Source: Hormiphora californensis
Taxonomy: Eukaryota; Animalia; Ctenophora
Length of the DNA stretch: 64,000 bases
Assembly (NCBI GenBank): GCA_020137815.1
Contig: CM035359.1
Span: 8,029,267-8,093,266 of the forward strand
Direction: 5' to 3'
Below, in pieces: positions 36,630 through 49,671 of the stretch. Position 1 is the stretch's first letter; every line of letters starts with the position of its first letter. Both the position numbers and the translations under genes were made by a program. The notes under the pieces are model-generated. The model did no database searches. It saw nothing but the letters and a program-made list of their open reading frames with translations, and had not been told where the DNA came from.

Positions 36630-37511
36630 CCGTGTGCGGCAAAAAAAGCCCCCCCCCCCCCCCCTAGACCACCATAGTTGCCGATGTGGTGGAGAGCTGT
36701 AACTTGGCAGGGTTGCTCCACTATGTCTATCTTGATCCTGACAGAAAAATCAGAGCTCTAGCTCAAAATTCATTTTTTTGATAGGAATGAACATTGTCAT
36801 TCATTCCAAGAAAAAAATATTTTCGGTCCAGAATTCAAGCAATTATCTTTGGCCATCGATTAGCTTTCCAATGTGACCAAGATCATCTAAATTGGGCAAC
36901 CACAAGAGACACAGTGTCATCTTTCTTAAATTTAATCAGGTCATGTGATCTTCACCGAATCGTTGAGTGTTCAGTATTACGAATCGGTCTAAGTGGTAGA
37001 GAATCACGTATCACGGCTACTAATGAGGGATGACGATGCTGATTGGTCATGAGATCTGTAGCTCTTTGATAAATGTCCTCTTTCCTCGAATCACATTACC
37101 CTGTATTGGTACACATACCTCATTAGCGGCCGTGATACGAGATTCCTCTGCCCATTGGCTCGATTAGCAATCCCGGATAATCAACGATTCGGTGAAGATC
37201 ACATGACCTGACTAACTTTAAGAAACATGACACTGTGTCTCTTGTGGTTGCCCAATTTAGATGATCTTGGTCACATTGGAAAGCTAATCGATGGCCAAAG
37301 ATAATTGCTTGAATTCTGGACCGAAAATATTTTTTTCTTGGAATGAATGACAATGTTCATTCCTATCAAAAAAATGAATTTTGAGCTAGAGCTCTGATTT
37401 TTCTGTCAGGATCAAGATAGACATAGTGGAGCAACCCTGCCAAGTTACAGCTCTCCACCACATCGGCAACTATGGTGGTCTAGGGGGGGGCTTTTTTTTT
37501 GCCGCACACGG
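36630..37511. mobile_element. Foldback MITE (Tc1/mariner-like) inserted in (TA)n
   Basis: TA-CCGTGTGCGGCAAAAAAAGCCCC...GGGCTTTTTTTTGCCGCACACGG-TA; about 390-bp arms (mirrored ORFs 36794/37123). Confidence 0.85.
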
Positions 37512-37512
37512 T

Positions 37513-37566
<54 letters not shown>

Positions 37567-37827
37567 TTAAGCCAAAAACTAATTGAAATTAGTTGGCGGG
37601 AAAGGTGACCCACTTACACCTTTTGCTACTGCCGGGTATCACCACGAACTCTCATTCTATCCCTCGGTATCTCAATCTCTTATTTTTCGAGGGGAAATGA
37701 TTAATGTCTGATGGGATACAAAGTAAAGATTGATTATAATAACTGTATAAATGTGATATCTATCTATTGCGATGAATAGCAAGAGCTAGGTCTCTCCTCG
37801 TACTTGCTCTTGCTCTCTCGATGCTAA

Positions 37828-37889
<62 letters not shown>

Positions 37890-37929
37890 CTCTCTTTCGC
37901 TCTCGCTCTCTCTATCTCGCTCTCTCTCT

Positions 37930-40900
37930 GAATTCTAAATGCAAGCTGTACCATCCTTTTGGGTACAACAAGTTGAGAAGAGCTGCAGTCAAAGCTCGAA
38001 CAAACAAGCTGGCTAACTCGAAGGAAAAGACCCAGCCAAAAAACCAAACCTGCCCCACCACTACTCCAGCTCCCCTACAGGAAAAGGTAGAGGAGACTGG
38101 AAAGTTCGCCAGATACCAGGATTTTCTAAGGTTCGAGGAGATTCTAACTCGGTTGATGGGAAGAATGAACTCCATGGAGAAATCAGTGAACAGGTACAGG
38201 GGCTCCCGTGTCCTCCGTTAAAGCCGGCATGGCTCCCCCAAAGCCAAATGCCAGACTTCAGTTTCATGAGTCAGCCTGCCTGGTGTTAAATGCTGGGGGT
38301 TTCGATCCTGGCGCCCGCAGCAATACAAGGTGAAAGAAAGATGTACTGAACCACGAGATTCTCTCACTTAGGGAGAAGGGAGTATGTGTACCTTTTATAG
38401 GTATCACTGAGTCGTGTTTGAGGGACTTTCACCTTGATGCACAAATCCAGCTGCCGGGCTACCAGTGTATTCGAGCTGATAGGGTAGGTAAACAGGGAGG
38501 ATGTGCTCTTCTTTATATTGATGAAGGTGTTCCGATTAAATGCTCAGCTAGCTACGACGATGGCACATGTGAAGGCGGTTTTCTGCCGTCTCCCATCTTG
38601 TTCCATGAGCATTGCTGTAGTCTACCGACCCCCTCACCCCTGATGCCCCCTATGATAGCTTTTCCGGAGTTCTCCAGTTCTTGGGTTCTAACCTAGATAA
38701 GGATCCAGATACGGAGTTCTTCCTAATGGGAGACTTCAACTTTCCGACAATTGATTGGGATCACCTGTCTATTGGAGGCAGGGCAGCAGAAAACACCCGG
38801 TCAGCTCGACATCTCCTTGAGTTATCGGAGAAGTATTTTCTGCAACAGGTTGTCGACTCGAGAGTGATTTCCAGAGCTTCCCAGCTGCGTTCACCCATGA
38901 AGTTCTTTCTGCTTGTCAAGAGGTTTTCCGGGAAGTTAAAGCTCCTAAAGGGAAACCGTCAACCGAACTGCTACAAGAAGCTACAGAGAAAGAAGTCCAA
39001 ACTCCGAGTACGTATAAACGCCCTGAGAAGTAATGACCAAGTGGCAGCAGCAGAAGAAGTAGAGGAGCATCTCTCTCAGGTCTGCCTAGAGATCAAAGAC
39101 CTGGTACTAACCAGGAGAGATGATCGACAGCAACGGGCAGTACTGAATAAGTTGAGAACATGAATCATGCTGCCAGACCAAACCCAAAGAACCGAGACAA
39201 ACCCCGCAAAACCAACCTCCAAACCAAACAACCAGGAAACCTCCACCAAACCTCCAAACCTCCACCAACCTCCAAACCTCCAACAACCTCCAACCCTCCA
39301 CCAAACCGCCAAACCTCCACCAACCTCCAAACCTCCAAACCTAAACGCAACCTAACCACACCTAACGCCGCCAAACACCAAGAGATCCGGAACAGCGGAA
39401 AGATCGAGACCCTCCGTCTGGCGTCCACTAAGATGGTAAATGTGGACACTCGCCAGAAACCGAGACTCAGATCGAACTCATCAGCCGTAAACCTGACACC
39501 GTTTCGGGGCTTTAATTCGGTACGGGTACACAAGGTACTAAGTCAGGCGCCCCGGCAATCTCGATGATCTGAGACCACCGTTCGATCTATACCCAGTTGC
39601 CCGGAATGAATGTGTCGACTGGGGTCCCTCACTGCCTCCCCCTTTGACAGGTTTATGAAGTCGGACCCGTGGTACTTCTACTCTTTTGCAAAATCCCTTG
39701 CAAGGGAAAGTCAACCATCCCTCTTATCACTAAGGACGATGGTTCCATGGCAACTGATCCCAAAGAGATCGCAGACGCTTTTCAAAGTGAATTCTGCAGG
39801 GTATCCAGTGATCCGAACAACCCTGAGACCGAGGAGCCAACCTTCGATAAGCCTGAGCTATCGTGGTTGGATGAGGGTATTGAGCTCCACGATGAAGATA
39901 TCATCAAGGTGTGTAAGGACCTGGAGTCTTCTTCCTCACCCGGACCGGATGGAATCCCCTCCCGGATCCTGAAAGAGTGTGCGGAGGTACTGGTGAAACT
40001 CTGGGACTCATGTGGCGTGACTCACTTCGACTAAGGAAAGTCCCGGAATACTACAAAATGGGTCACGTTGTACCCCTCTACAAAAAGGGGGACAAGTCGA
40101 GCACGAAAAACTACAGACCTGTCACACTGACGAGCCATGTAATAAAACTGTTCGAGCGGATCGTCAGGGCCCATATAATGGTTGATCGTTTTGAAAAAAA
40201 TGGACTATTTTCAAAAAAACAACATGGCTTCCGCAAAGGACGATCGTGTCTGACCCAGCTTCTTGGCCACATAGACTGGGTGATGAAAGCCTTATGTGGC
40301 GAAAAAGATGTAGACGCTATCTACCTCGACGGCTCGACTATAGTCGAGCTTTTGACCGCGTGGACATTGGTTTACTGCTCGTTAAACTGAGGCGGTATGG
40401 AGTCCACTCTCAGATTGTTGAATGGATGGAATCTTTTCTGACCGACAGGAAATAGAAAGTGGTGCTTGATGGGTCACACTCTGAGATCGCTACCATTATA
40501 ATAAGCGGTGTACCCCAGGGAATTGTGTTAGCACCGTTCCTCTTCTTAATATTTAACAATGATCTTGAGGGAGTAGTTAAAGATGCTATACTCAGTTTCT
40601 TTGCTGACGACTCGAGAGCCGCGATGGAGATATCTGCTGAGACTGACATGGTGAAGCTACAGCAGGATCTGGATCGAGTGATGCTGTGGTCTAGGACAAA
40701 CAATATGGTCCTAAATGAAGACAAATATGTTCTTCTGACCCACAAACACAACCCGAATTCCCACATGAACCTCTTTCCTATGACGGGCATTGAGTACACC
40801 ACTAGTGGCGGTGCTAAGATCTCACCATCGGATCATGTAAGAGATCTGGGTATCATAGTCTCCAGTGACTTATCTTGGAGACCGCACCTCGTAAATTTGG

Positions 40901-42410
40901 CCAAACGAGCAAGATGCATGGCACAATGTAGTCAGGACCACTATTGGTGCGCGGTCGTGCCCACGGAAGGAGTGCTTGGATCATCTTGAAACCGGTTTTA
41001 AGTTAACTAATGCATATCCAAAAGTGTCTGTAGCCATTTGGGTGATGTTCTGACAATCCAATCACGAGTTATGACCGAAAAACAGTCAAAAAAGACGTTT
41101 TAAAGTGACAAAAAGGAGGATCTGAACACAGCCCTTATATGAAGGGCTGGGGCTTTGAAACTTCTTGTGTGGACAGAGAATCGTCCAAATTTGCAGTGTC
41201 AACTTTCAGATAGTTTCTATCTTTTGTAGTTATCTAATTAGAGTCGTTTAAACATGTGAGAAGTTGCTAAAGGGGCCTATAATACTGCTTGTGAAGTGAT
41301 CACTTGACGAGATTTGCCCAATTAGAGAGCGGATTAAAGCATACAAGCGGTGAGAGCAAGCAATATGAGATGGAAGTAGTACCTAATGACCCTGTTTTGC
41401 AGGGTCATAAAGATCGTCTCACATGTTTGAATGGCTCTAATTAGATAACTACAAAAGATAGAAACTATCTGAAAGTTGACACTGCAAATTTGGACGATTC
41501 TCTGTCCACACAAGAAGTTTCAAAGCCCCAGCCCTTCATATAAGGGCTGTGTTCAGATCCTCCTTTTCGTCACTTTAAAACGTCTTTTTTGACTGTTTTT
41601 CGGTCATAACTCGTGATTGGATTGTCAGAACATCACCCAAATGGCTATAGACACTTTTGGGTATGCATTAGTGAGCTTAAAACCGGTTTCAAGATGATCC
41701 AAGCACTCCTTCCGTGGGCACGACCGCGCACCAATAGTGGTCCTGACTAATGGGTGTTCGGGGTGTTCTCCAGTAGGGAACCAGAGCTGATGATCACTGT
41801 TTATATATCACTGGTCAGAAGTTTGATGGAGTACTGCTCTCCATTGTGGAGCCCGCAAACCGTCGGAGACATCCAACTGCTAGAGTCTGTTCAGCGGGGT
41901 TTCACAGCGAAAATCTCGGGTATGAAGGACCTTGACTACTGGCAGCGCCTAAAAGCCCTTGACTTGATGTCTTTGCAAAGACGACGGGATAGGTATGCAG
42001 TGCTAATTATGCACAAGACATATCGGGAGTTGATACCAAACGAAACCGGTGTTAGCTTCAACCGTACATCCCGCCACGGTGTCAAAGCAGAGCTACCTGA
42101 CCTGTCACGGGTGAAGAGCAAAAGAACTAGCACACTGTACAGCTCTTCTTTCGGTTCCATCGGCCCTAGACTGTGGAACTGTCTCCCGGACGATCTGAGG
42201 GAGATTGAGGACCCTGATTTATTTAAATATAAGTTGGACCTCCTTCTCCGTGATATCCCAGACCGTCCCCCTACACCTGGATATCAAGCGCCAAACAGAA
42301 ACTCTTTGTCTGACTGGTGTGTTGGAGCCAGTTTCAATAAACGGTGGTCCGAGTTCCTGGGATGACCTGACGTATCATGGCTAACAAATCAAAAGTATCA
42401 AAAGTAAGTA
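37930..42410 (+). mobile_element. Decayed CR1-group LINE (ORF1 remnant, APE, RT, C-terminus, short-repeat tail)
   Basis: APE (GITES, RADR..GG, GDFN); RT (SPGPDGI, NYRPVTLTS, QHGFRKGRSCLTQL, GVPQG, FADD, VRDLG); C-terminus (LMEYCSPLWSP, YWQRL..L.LMSLQRRR); many frameshifts; tail tcaaaagtatcaaaagtaagta. Confidence 0.92.
40929..41749. mobile_element. Academ-like foldback element inserted in the LINE RT
   Basis: TAGTC...GACTA termini; 3-bp TSD ATG; removing it restores AQWVFG in the LINE ORF2. Confidence 0.88.
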
Positions 42411-42411
42411 G

Positions 42412-42478
<67 letters not shown>

Positions 42479-43337
42479 CTCTATCACACTCTTTCACTGT
42501 CTTATTTCATTATTTTCACCTCTTTTATCCCTGATCCCGGCAGCAGGCAAAGGTGTAAGTGGGTCACCTTTCCCGCCAACTAATTTCAATTAGTTTTTGG
42601 CTTAATTTAGGTCCCTTTTTGGTTTCTAATCGCAGCATGGCATTATTTCATGATTTAATATTGTCGAAATGATGCGTTATATGAGAAACGAGACGAATTT
42701 CTGTGAAAATCGTATTTTAGACGTCATAATGACGTCATTTGACGTAATTAGTGACGTCGTAACGACGTAATTGCAACACGATATATTTTTAATCAATACC
42801 CCTTTTAAAGTTTCATTGACCACTGCAGTGGTCAGGAAAGGGAGTTTTTGCTCGAAAAACGTTCAATTTGCTGAATTTTTCGTCAAATTTTTGACTTCCG
42901 ACGCGATTTAAGGGCTCAAAATGATAAGCTACGAAAATTCGCTATATAGTACCTGAAAATTCAGACGATTTGCCGGTAGCGATTTTTCTTCAAATCAGAA
43001 ATCAGAACACGTTTTCAGGGTGCTAGAGGCGTTTAGTCGGTCTGGCGCTGTACCACGTAAGCCAACGGCTAAAGTAACGTGAGCACGTCATCATATCACG
43101 TGATCATACCTATAATACCACATATGGTGTTTTACGTCACAAGATATGTCCCGTGGTGTGTGATATTTGGATATTTAATGACGTCATATGCCCAAATATG
43201 GAGTTAGGTGGTACAGCGGGGCTATTTTACCTTTACTTCCCCTGTCAAACAACCTGTAACACAACATTTTATCATGTCATATTCTCTTTCAGATAATCCT
43301 ACTGTACGCGGTTAAGTGGATACAGCTACACTGACAG

Positions 43338-43405
<68 letters not shown>

Positions 43406-43409
43406 TAGA

Positions 43410-43457
<48 letters not shown>

Positions 43458-43819
43458 AGTTGGCAGTTAAGTCGTGTTGAGACTCTACGTCCGGTTGGGA
43501 GTGGTCCCTAATTAGTAGGTATAACGCCCACTGCTCATTTTTTGGAGAAATAACACCCGCGCGGTAGCGGGCTGATATGACTGCATCCGAAGTGATAAAT
43601 ATCATAACCCCCGCTCCAAAAGTGCAATTTATTACACGTAAGAATTCACCCAAAAAGGTGTGAAAATGTTGTGGCTTGCGCGTGAGTAATACTGAGAATA
43701 CTCCGCAAGCAATCGGTGTGATATATATAACGATCGATTTTGTGATATCGTTGTTCTTTCTTCTACTTACTCAAACTCCTGTGTATCACTTTGACCAGTT
43801 CCAGACACACGCATCAGAA

Positions 43820-43832
43820 TGGCGACGAGGAT
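43820..43832 (+). promoter_or_regulatory. Primer-binding site (tRNA-Ser-type)
   Basis: TGGCGACGAGGAT begins 3 nt after the 5' LTR and is complementary to a tRNA 3' end ...ATCCTCGTCGCCA. Confidence 0.75.
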
Positions 43833-44538
43833 CAATGTGTATTTGTGATCTTTCTCGGACAGTTTATTCAGTATGCAGCAGGTTTTGTTGTGAGCCCACT
43901 AGGTGTGTTCAGCCTGTGTGCAGGAGAAGATCGGCGGAGAGGTGTGGTGTTAATGGACTACGTTGTGATCGTGTAGTGCCAGGTGAGAGGAACTGTGTTG
44001 TGTTCTCAGGAGACGATCGGCGGAGAGGTGAGTTGGACCCGGATTCTCTACGTGTGTTTACTGGAATTCGTGACGGTCGGAGATGTGTCTGTCGATGTAA
44101 GACACGCGGTGTGTGTAACGACTCTCAGTTCGTGGGAGAGTGGCCTCTGGGAGGTATTGGCACCGTTCACCCCCTGTTGTTGTTGTGGAGGGTGATCTCC
44201 AGATCACGGGTGTTTTTATTCGGGCAACTTCTATGTGAGGAGGAAGGATTGCCGTGTCCCTGTTTGCTACGTTGGATTGCAGAGGGAGTCACAGTTAGCA
44301 GTGTTTGTGTACCGACCAGCTTTGTTGTGGACGTTGGTTCGGTGTTCCTCAGTGATGTGGAGAGCGAGGAACAACCTGAGTTATGTAACCTCCTACGTTG
44401 TGGAGTGGCGGAGAACTCAGTTAGTAATTGTACATGTGGTCCCGGTGTTGTAGTGGGATTCACAAGTTGCAGCAGCCCTGAGGATGTGAGAGGGTGTGCT
44501 GGGAACTCTCAGAAGAGAGGTGAAATGTGTCTAGAGGA

Positions 44539-44800
44539 ACCTTGTGCTGAGGAAGGTTGGATTATCCTATGTTACCTTGTGCTGAGAAAGGTTGGAGATC
44601 CTGTGGTACCTTGTGCTGAGAAAGGTTGGAGATCCTGTGGTACCTTGTGCTGAGAAAGGTTGGAGATCCTGTGGTACCTTGTGCTGAGAAAGGTTGGAGA
44701 ACCTGTGGTTCCTTGTGCTGAGAAAGATTGGAGATCCTGTGGTACCTTGTGCTGAGGAGGTTGGAGATCCTGTGGTACCTTGTGCTGGGAAAGGTTGGAT
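44539..44800 (+). repeat. 34-bp minisatellite inside the LTR element
   Basis: ACCTTGTGCTGAGAAAGGTTGGAGATCCTGTGGT, about 7.5 units with no spacers. Confidence 0.9.
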
Positions 44801-45765
44801 ATGTAGGTACTGCAGCCTTCATTGTGTGTGTGGGAAGGACTGTATGTTTTGTGGACATTGTGTTGAGGTAGCACCTTGTGTTATATGTACCTCGTGTGAA
44901 CAATATCAAAGAACTTAGTCACCATACCATATGGACTTGGAGAGAGATGTGACTAGAGTTGTAGTGCGAGTGAGATTGAGATACTCGAGGATAGTAAATC
45001 TCTATGAATGTAGAATTGTGTTGCGAGAGAGATTGAGATATTCCATGATAGCAGATCTCTGAGAGTGAATGATTGTGTTGCGAGAGAGAGATCAGAGCGA
45101 GAACCTCAGAGATAGAGATGTTTGAAAACAGTAGATCTCTGTGACTGTAGAATTGTGTTACGAGAGAGAGATCAGAGCGAGAATCTCAGAGATGGAGATG
45201 TTTGAGGATATTAGATATCTGTGTTAAGTTTTAGCTTTTCATTTGTACCCCTTTTTATGATATAATAGAGCCTGTGTGTGGTGTCTAGTTATTCAGTGTG
45301 TGGAGAGAAAGGTGTTAGGTGGTCTGTCAGACAAGTTTTGGCAAGTTTGGATCGTGGCCATGTCTGGGCAGTGAGAGAGCTAGTTGACTGTCAGTGTCAG
45401 GGCAGGTCGTAGCAGGCCTAGCCTTTGTGTGAGAGAGCGATCAGTTTGACTGTCGGCCCGACAGTGTCGGGTCTCTGTGTGAGAGAGCTGTGTGCGCGGT
45501 GTGTGTGTGTGAGTGCGCGAAGTTTGAGCTCTATGGAAAGTTGTAGTTGTTAGCATTTAGCGGCGTGTTCGGTTCCCGCCACGCGCGGCCCACTGTTAGT
45601 TCATGGAGTCGGAGTTGTTCTTGGAGACGGTGTGCGAGAGACCGGAGACGTCATGTTAGTCTGTATTTTGAGGGATGTTTGGAGCCTCAGAAGGAGTGAG
45701 AAGGGTGTTGTGGCTTGCGCGTGAGTAATACTGAGAATACTCCGCAAGCAATCGGTGTGATATAT

Positions 45766-46028
45766 AAAGTCCAATTTTTAATAAAGCGAACCGCAAAAAA
45801 TTCCCACGCACCGTGGGAAAGTTTTTTGTCGGTTGTTTCGATCATATCTCTGGCTCCTGATAAGATAAAGACTTGATCCTGGTTGCGTTGGAAAGAGAAA
45901 AATGTTATCTTTCCAATGCGACCAATGACAAGTCTCTATCTTATCAGGAACCGGATTTAGCACGCGCAAATAGAATTATATTATTATTAATGCGCGTGAG
46001 CGGTTCGCATTATTAAAAATCGCACTTT
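45766..46028. mobile_element. Small MITE in the 3' LTR (TA site)
   Basis: aaagtccaatttttaataaagcgaaccgc / gcggttcgcattattaaaaatcgcacttt; absent from the 5' LTR; partial relative at 63500-63613. Confidence 0.8.
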
Positions 46029-46081
46029 ATAACGATCGATTTTGTGATATCGTTGTTCTTTCTTCTACTTACTCAAACTCC

Positions 46082-47455
46082 AATGATGAGATCTTGTTCA
46101 GGATTAAATAGGGAGGAAAAATTAGAAAAATATCTGGCGAGGGCCGGGCTCGAACCGACAACCTCTGGGTTTCGCGTCCATTGCTCTACCTATTGAGCTA
46201 CCCCGCCGACAATTTAACTACATTTCCTCGCTCTATATCCTGAACATTGCCCTTAGCTATTGCAGCATCACATATCGGAACAAGATTTTTAATATCTTCT
46301 CTGGCTGCTAATCTCACTTTCTCTCTCACACATACACGCCCTACTGTACAACAGTGAAGGGGAAACATACAGCGGGCAGATCACGGTTGTGGAAGAATGG
46401 ATTGGTTAAATATCAATGATGAGATCTTGTTCAGGATTAAATAGGGAGGAAAATTAGAAAAATATCTGGCGAGGGCCGGGCTCGAACCGACAACCTCTGG
46501 GTTTCGCGTCCATTGCTCTACCTATTGAGCTACCCCGCCGACAATTTAACTACATTTCCTCGCTCTATATCCTGAACATTGCCCTTAGCTATTGCAGCAT
46601 CACATATCGGAACAAGATTTTTAATATCTTCTCTGGCTGCTAATCTCACTTTCTCTCTCACACATACACGCCCTACTGTACAACAGTGAAGGGGAAACAT
46701 ACAGCGGGCAGATCACGGTTGTGGAAGAATGGATTGGTTAAATATCAATGATGAGATCTTGTTCAGGATTAAATAGGGAGGAAAATTAGAAAAATATCTG
46801 GCGAGGGCCGGGCTCGAACCGACAACCTCTGGGTTTCGCGTCCATTGCTCTACCTATTGAGCTACCCCGCCGACAACTTAACTACAAAAAAAATATCTGG
46901 CGAGGGCCGGGCTCGAACCCGGCCCTCGCCAGATATTTTTCTAATTTTCCTCCCTATTTAATCCTGAACAAGATCTCATCATTGATATTTAACCAATCCA
47001 TTCTTCCACAACCGTGATCTGCCCGCTGTATGTTTCCCCTTCACTGTTGTACAGTAGGGCGTGTATGTGTGAGAGAGAAAGTGAGATTAGCAGCCAGAGA
47101 AGATATTAAAAATCTTGTTCCGATATGTGATGCTGCAATAGCTAAGGGCAATGTTCAGGATATAGAGCGAGGAAATGTAGTTAAATTGTCGGCGGGGTAG
47201 CTCAATAGGTAGAGCAATGGACGCGAAACCCAGAGGTTGTCGGTTCGAGCCCGGCCCTCGCCAGATATTTTTCTAATTTTCCTCCCTATTTAATCCTGAA
47301 CAAGATCTCATCATTGATATTTAACCAATCCATTCTTCCACAACCGTGATCTGCCCGCTGTATGTTTCCCCTTCACTGTTGTACAGTAGGGCGTGTATGT
47401 GTGAGAGAGAAAGTGAGATTAGCAGCCAGAGAAGATATTAAAAATCTTGTTCCGA
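46082..47455. mobile_element. Multimeric tRNA-like retro-insertion: 332-333-bp units, tandem plus inverted
   Basis: About 2.4 units with tRNA on - (46135-46207, 46467-46539, 46799-46871), then about 1.6 units inverted; 12-bp TSD TACTCAAACTCC (46070-46081, 47456-47467); empty site in the 5' LTR. Confidence 0.85.
47191..47263 (+). pseudogene. tRNA-like Pol III unit (non-canonical anticodon arm)
   Basis: Acceptor GGCGGGG/CCTCGCC, D stem GCTC/GAGC, T arm GTCGG TTCGAGC CCGGC; anticodon stem has 2 mismatches and loop CGCGAAA lacks U33; TATA at about -30 and a T-run just downstream. Confidence 0.75.
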
Positions 47456-47529
47456 TACTCAAACTCCTGTGTATCACTTTGACCAGTTCCAGACACACGC
47501 ATCAGAAAACTCTTTCTTTTGTGTGTGTG

Positions 47530-48792
47530 TAGGGTAGCCACTGGCTATTTGAAACGCCTGCCAATGTGAAACAGTGTCTGACTATTTGAAACGCATGGTC
47601 TGGCTATTTGAAACGCAGTGCCGCGTATGTAGTAGCTTGTCTTTTGTCATACACTGACTGTACATCGCGCAACCTCGCCTACGCGGCCTCACGTAGCCGC
47701 ACCGGGCCTTCGGCCCGGTGCGAAGAGGAGGGTCTCATATGAGACAAATTGTCTTGGGAGATGCCTAGCAAACGGTTTGCGGATATGCCGTTATTTTAAA
47801 TTCTGGAATAGAAACAATCCTTGTGTTTAAATAAAAATTCAAAGATTTCCTTTTTATTTCAAAAAATGAAAATTGAGAAAATTAAATATAATTATAAATA
47901 GCTTTTTTTAAACCTCTGGGCTCCGTCTCAGATCGGAAAAGTGTTCTAATTAAGCATAATTGGGTCTTAATGACCCCATTTACAACTTTTCACCGGGAAA
48001 TGATTTATACTTATGTGAGGGCACTTTTCCGACTAATTTTGATACGCTGAATCACGTAAGCAGCCTTTCCAATCCCTCAGAGGTCAGGAAAGTACCTTAA
48101 TTGAGCAATTAAGGTCAATTAGACCCAATTATACTCAATTAGGGCACTTAATCGGCCTCAGACGGATTGGAAAAGTTGCTTACGTGATTCAGCATATCGA
48201 AATTAGTCGGGTTCAGTGGTTTCCGATATGTTATGATCTGCAGGGCAAGCGATTCTGGTAATTTGAAACACTGAGGAGGGCTATTTGAAACACTTTTCTC
48301 CAAATCCGCTGTCGGAAATTTTTGATGTTCATTTTGAGCATAGGGAGGATATGAATTATGATTTAAGCCATTTCCGCCAAAAATTGGCCGAATTTGGGGC
48401 AAAAACCGTTTTCCTGGCTATTTGAAACACTTTTTGGAAACATTAACTGCACCAAGCACATGCAACCAAATTCAGATTTCAGACATGGAATGGCTCTGCA
48501 CAACCCTTTTCTAACTATTCCATGTCAAAAATTTCGGTTTCGTGGAGAAATTGAGGGAGATACGGGTGTTTCAAATTAGCAGACCGCGGCGGGCTAACTG
48601 AAACACCAAATTTGGATAGATATCACGTGACCCTGGCCCCGGAAGCCAAAATGAGACGTCTCCAACCACCCCAAAAACTACCCAGGGACTGTCTCGGTAA
48701 CACAAGGTCAAAAAAATTTGGGTTCGACTTGATTTGTGGGCAGGCAAGGGAAAAAAGTGAAAAACAGTTTCAAATAGGCAGTCGCTACCCTA
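47530..48792. mobile_element. Non-autonomous TIR DNA transposon
   Basis: TAGGGTAGCCACTGGCTATTTGAAAC...GTTTCAAATAGGCAGTCGCTACCCTA; internal ctatttgaaac repeats; superfamily unclear. Confidence 0.75.
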
Positions 48793-48940
48793 CTGTTGTG
48801 TACACACTACACACTGTTGCAAAGAGAAAGAGAGATTAACACAACAAGGGGCGGGTGAATGGCGACAAGAGAGAGAGAGAGAGAGAGGCAAGAGAGACAT
48901 TGATAATCCTTATCCCTTTAATTAGCACCCAATAGTTCGC

Positions 48941-49279
<339 letters not shown>

Positions 49280-49625
49280 TAGACGGTAGGCGGACTCTAG
49301 TGCTAACGGACTTTTTATCTAAATTCATGGCGGACTCTATATCTAAAAGCGGATTCTTTATCTACAGTTATACTTTGAAAAAAAAATTAGATAAAGAGTC
49401 CGCCCAATGTAGATGTTTTAGAAATAGAGTCCGCCCTGTGTAGACTTTTAGACATAGAGTCCCCTGGTACTGAACGAACGACTTCGACGTTCATCTCCAA
49501 ATTATAATAGAGATAGAGTCCGCCTTTTGTAGACTTTTTAGATAAAGAGTCCGCCCTGTGCCACAAGAGAGCTCTATCGGCGTGGAACCGAGAGCAGATA
49601 AAACAACAAATAGAAACACGTTGGT

Positions 49626-49666
49626 TTACAAACAAATGTTTCGATCTTGCGATCTCATCAGTGTAA
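49626..49666 (-). ncRNA. Minimal type I hammerhead ribozyme (inverted pLTR of PLE 2)
   Basis: - strand: ttaca-CTGATGA-gatc gcaa gatc-GAAA-c attt g-TT-tgtaa; perfect stems I and II with a GNRA loop. Confidence 0.9.
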
Positions 49667-49671
49667 TAAAA

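Larger units (their letters stand above)
43667..47504 (+). mobile_element. Non-autonomous LTR retrotransposon with 150-bp LTRs
   Basis: 5' LTR 43667-43816 (TG...CA); 3' LTR 45706-47504 split by two insertions; 5-bp TSD GAAAA; PBS TGGCGACGAGGAT; PPT agaaggagtgagaaggg; no gag/pol motifs recognised. Confidence 0.9.

Noticed and set aside
43676-44653. 325-aa ORF in the LTR element as gag/env
   Set aside because: No CCHC, protease, RT or integrase motifs; starts within the LTR at a non-ATG codon and has GT-biased composition.
44539-44800. 34-bp repeat of CRISPR-like length
   Set aside because: Units are contiguous with no unique spacers, no cas genes, eukaryotic context.
47191-47263. Functional tRNA with CGA anticodon (Ser) or a recoding tRNA
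   Set aside because: No U33, two anticodon-stem mismatches, no long variable arm; treated as tRNA-like.
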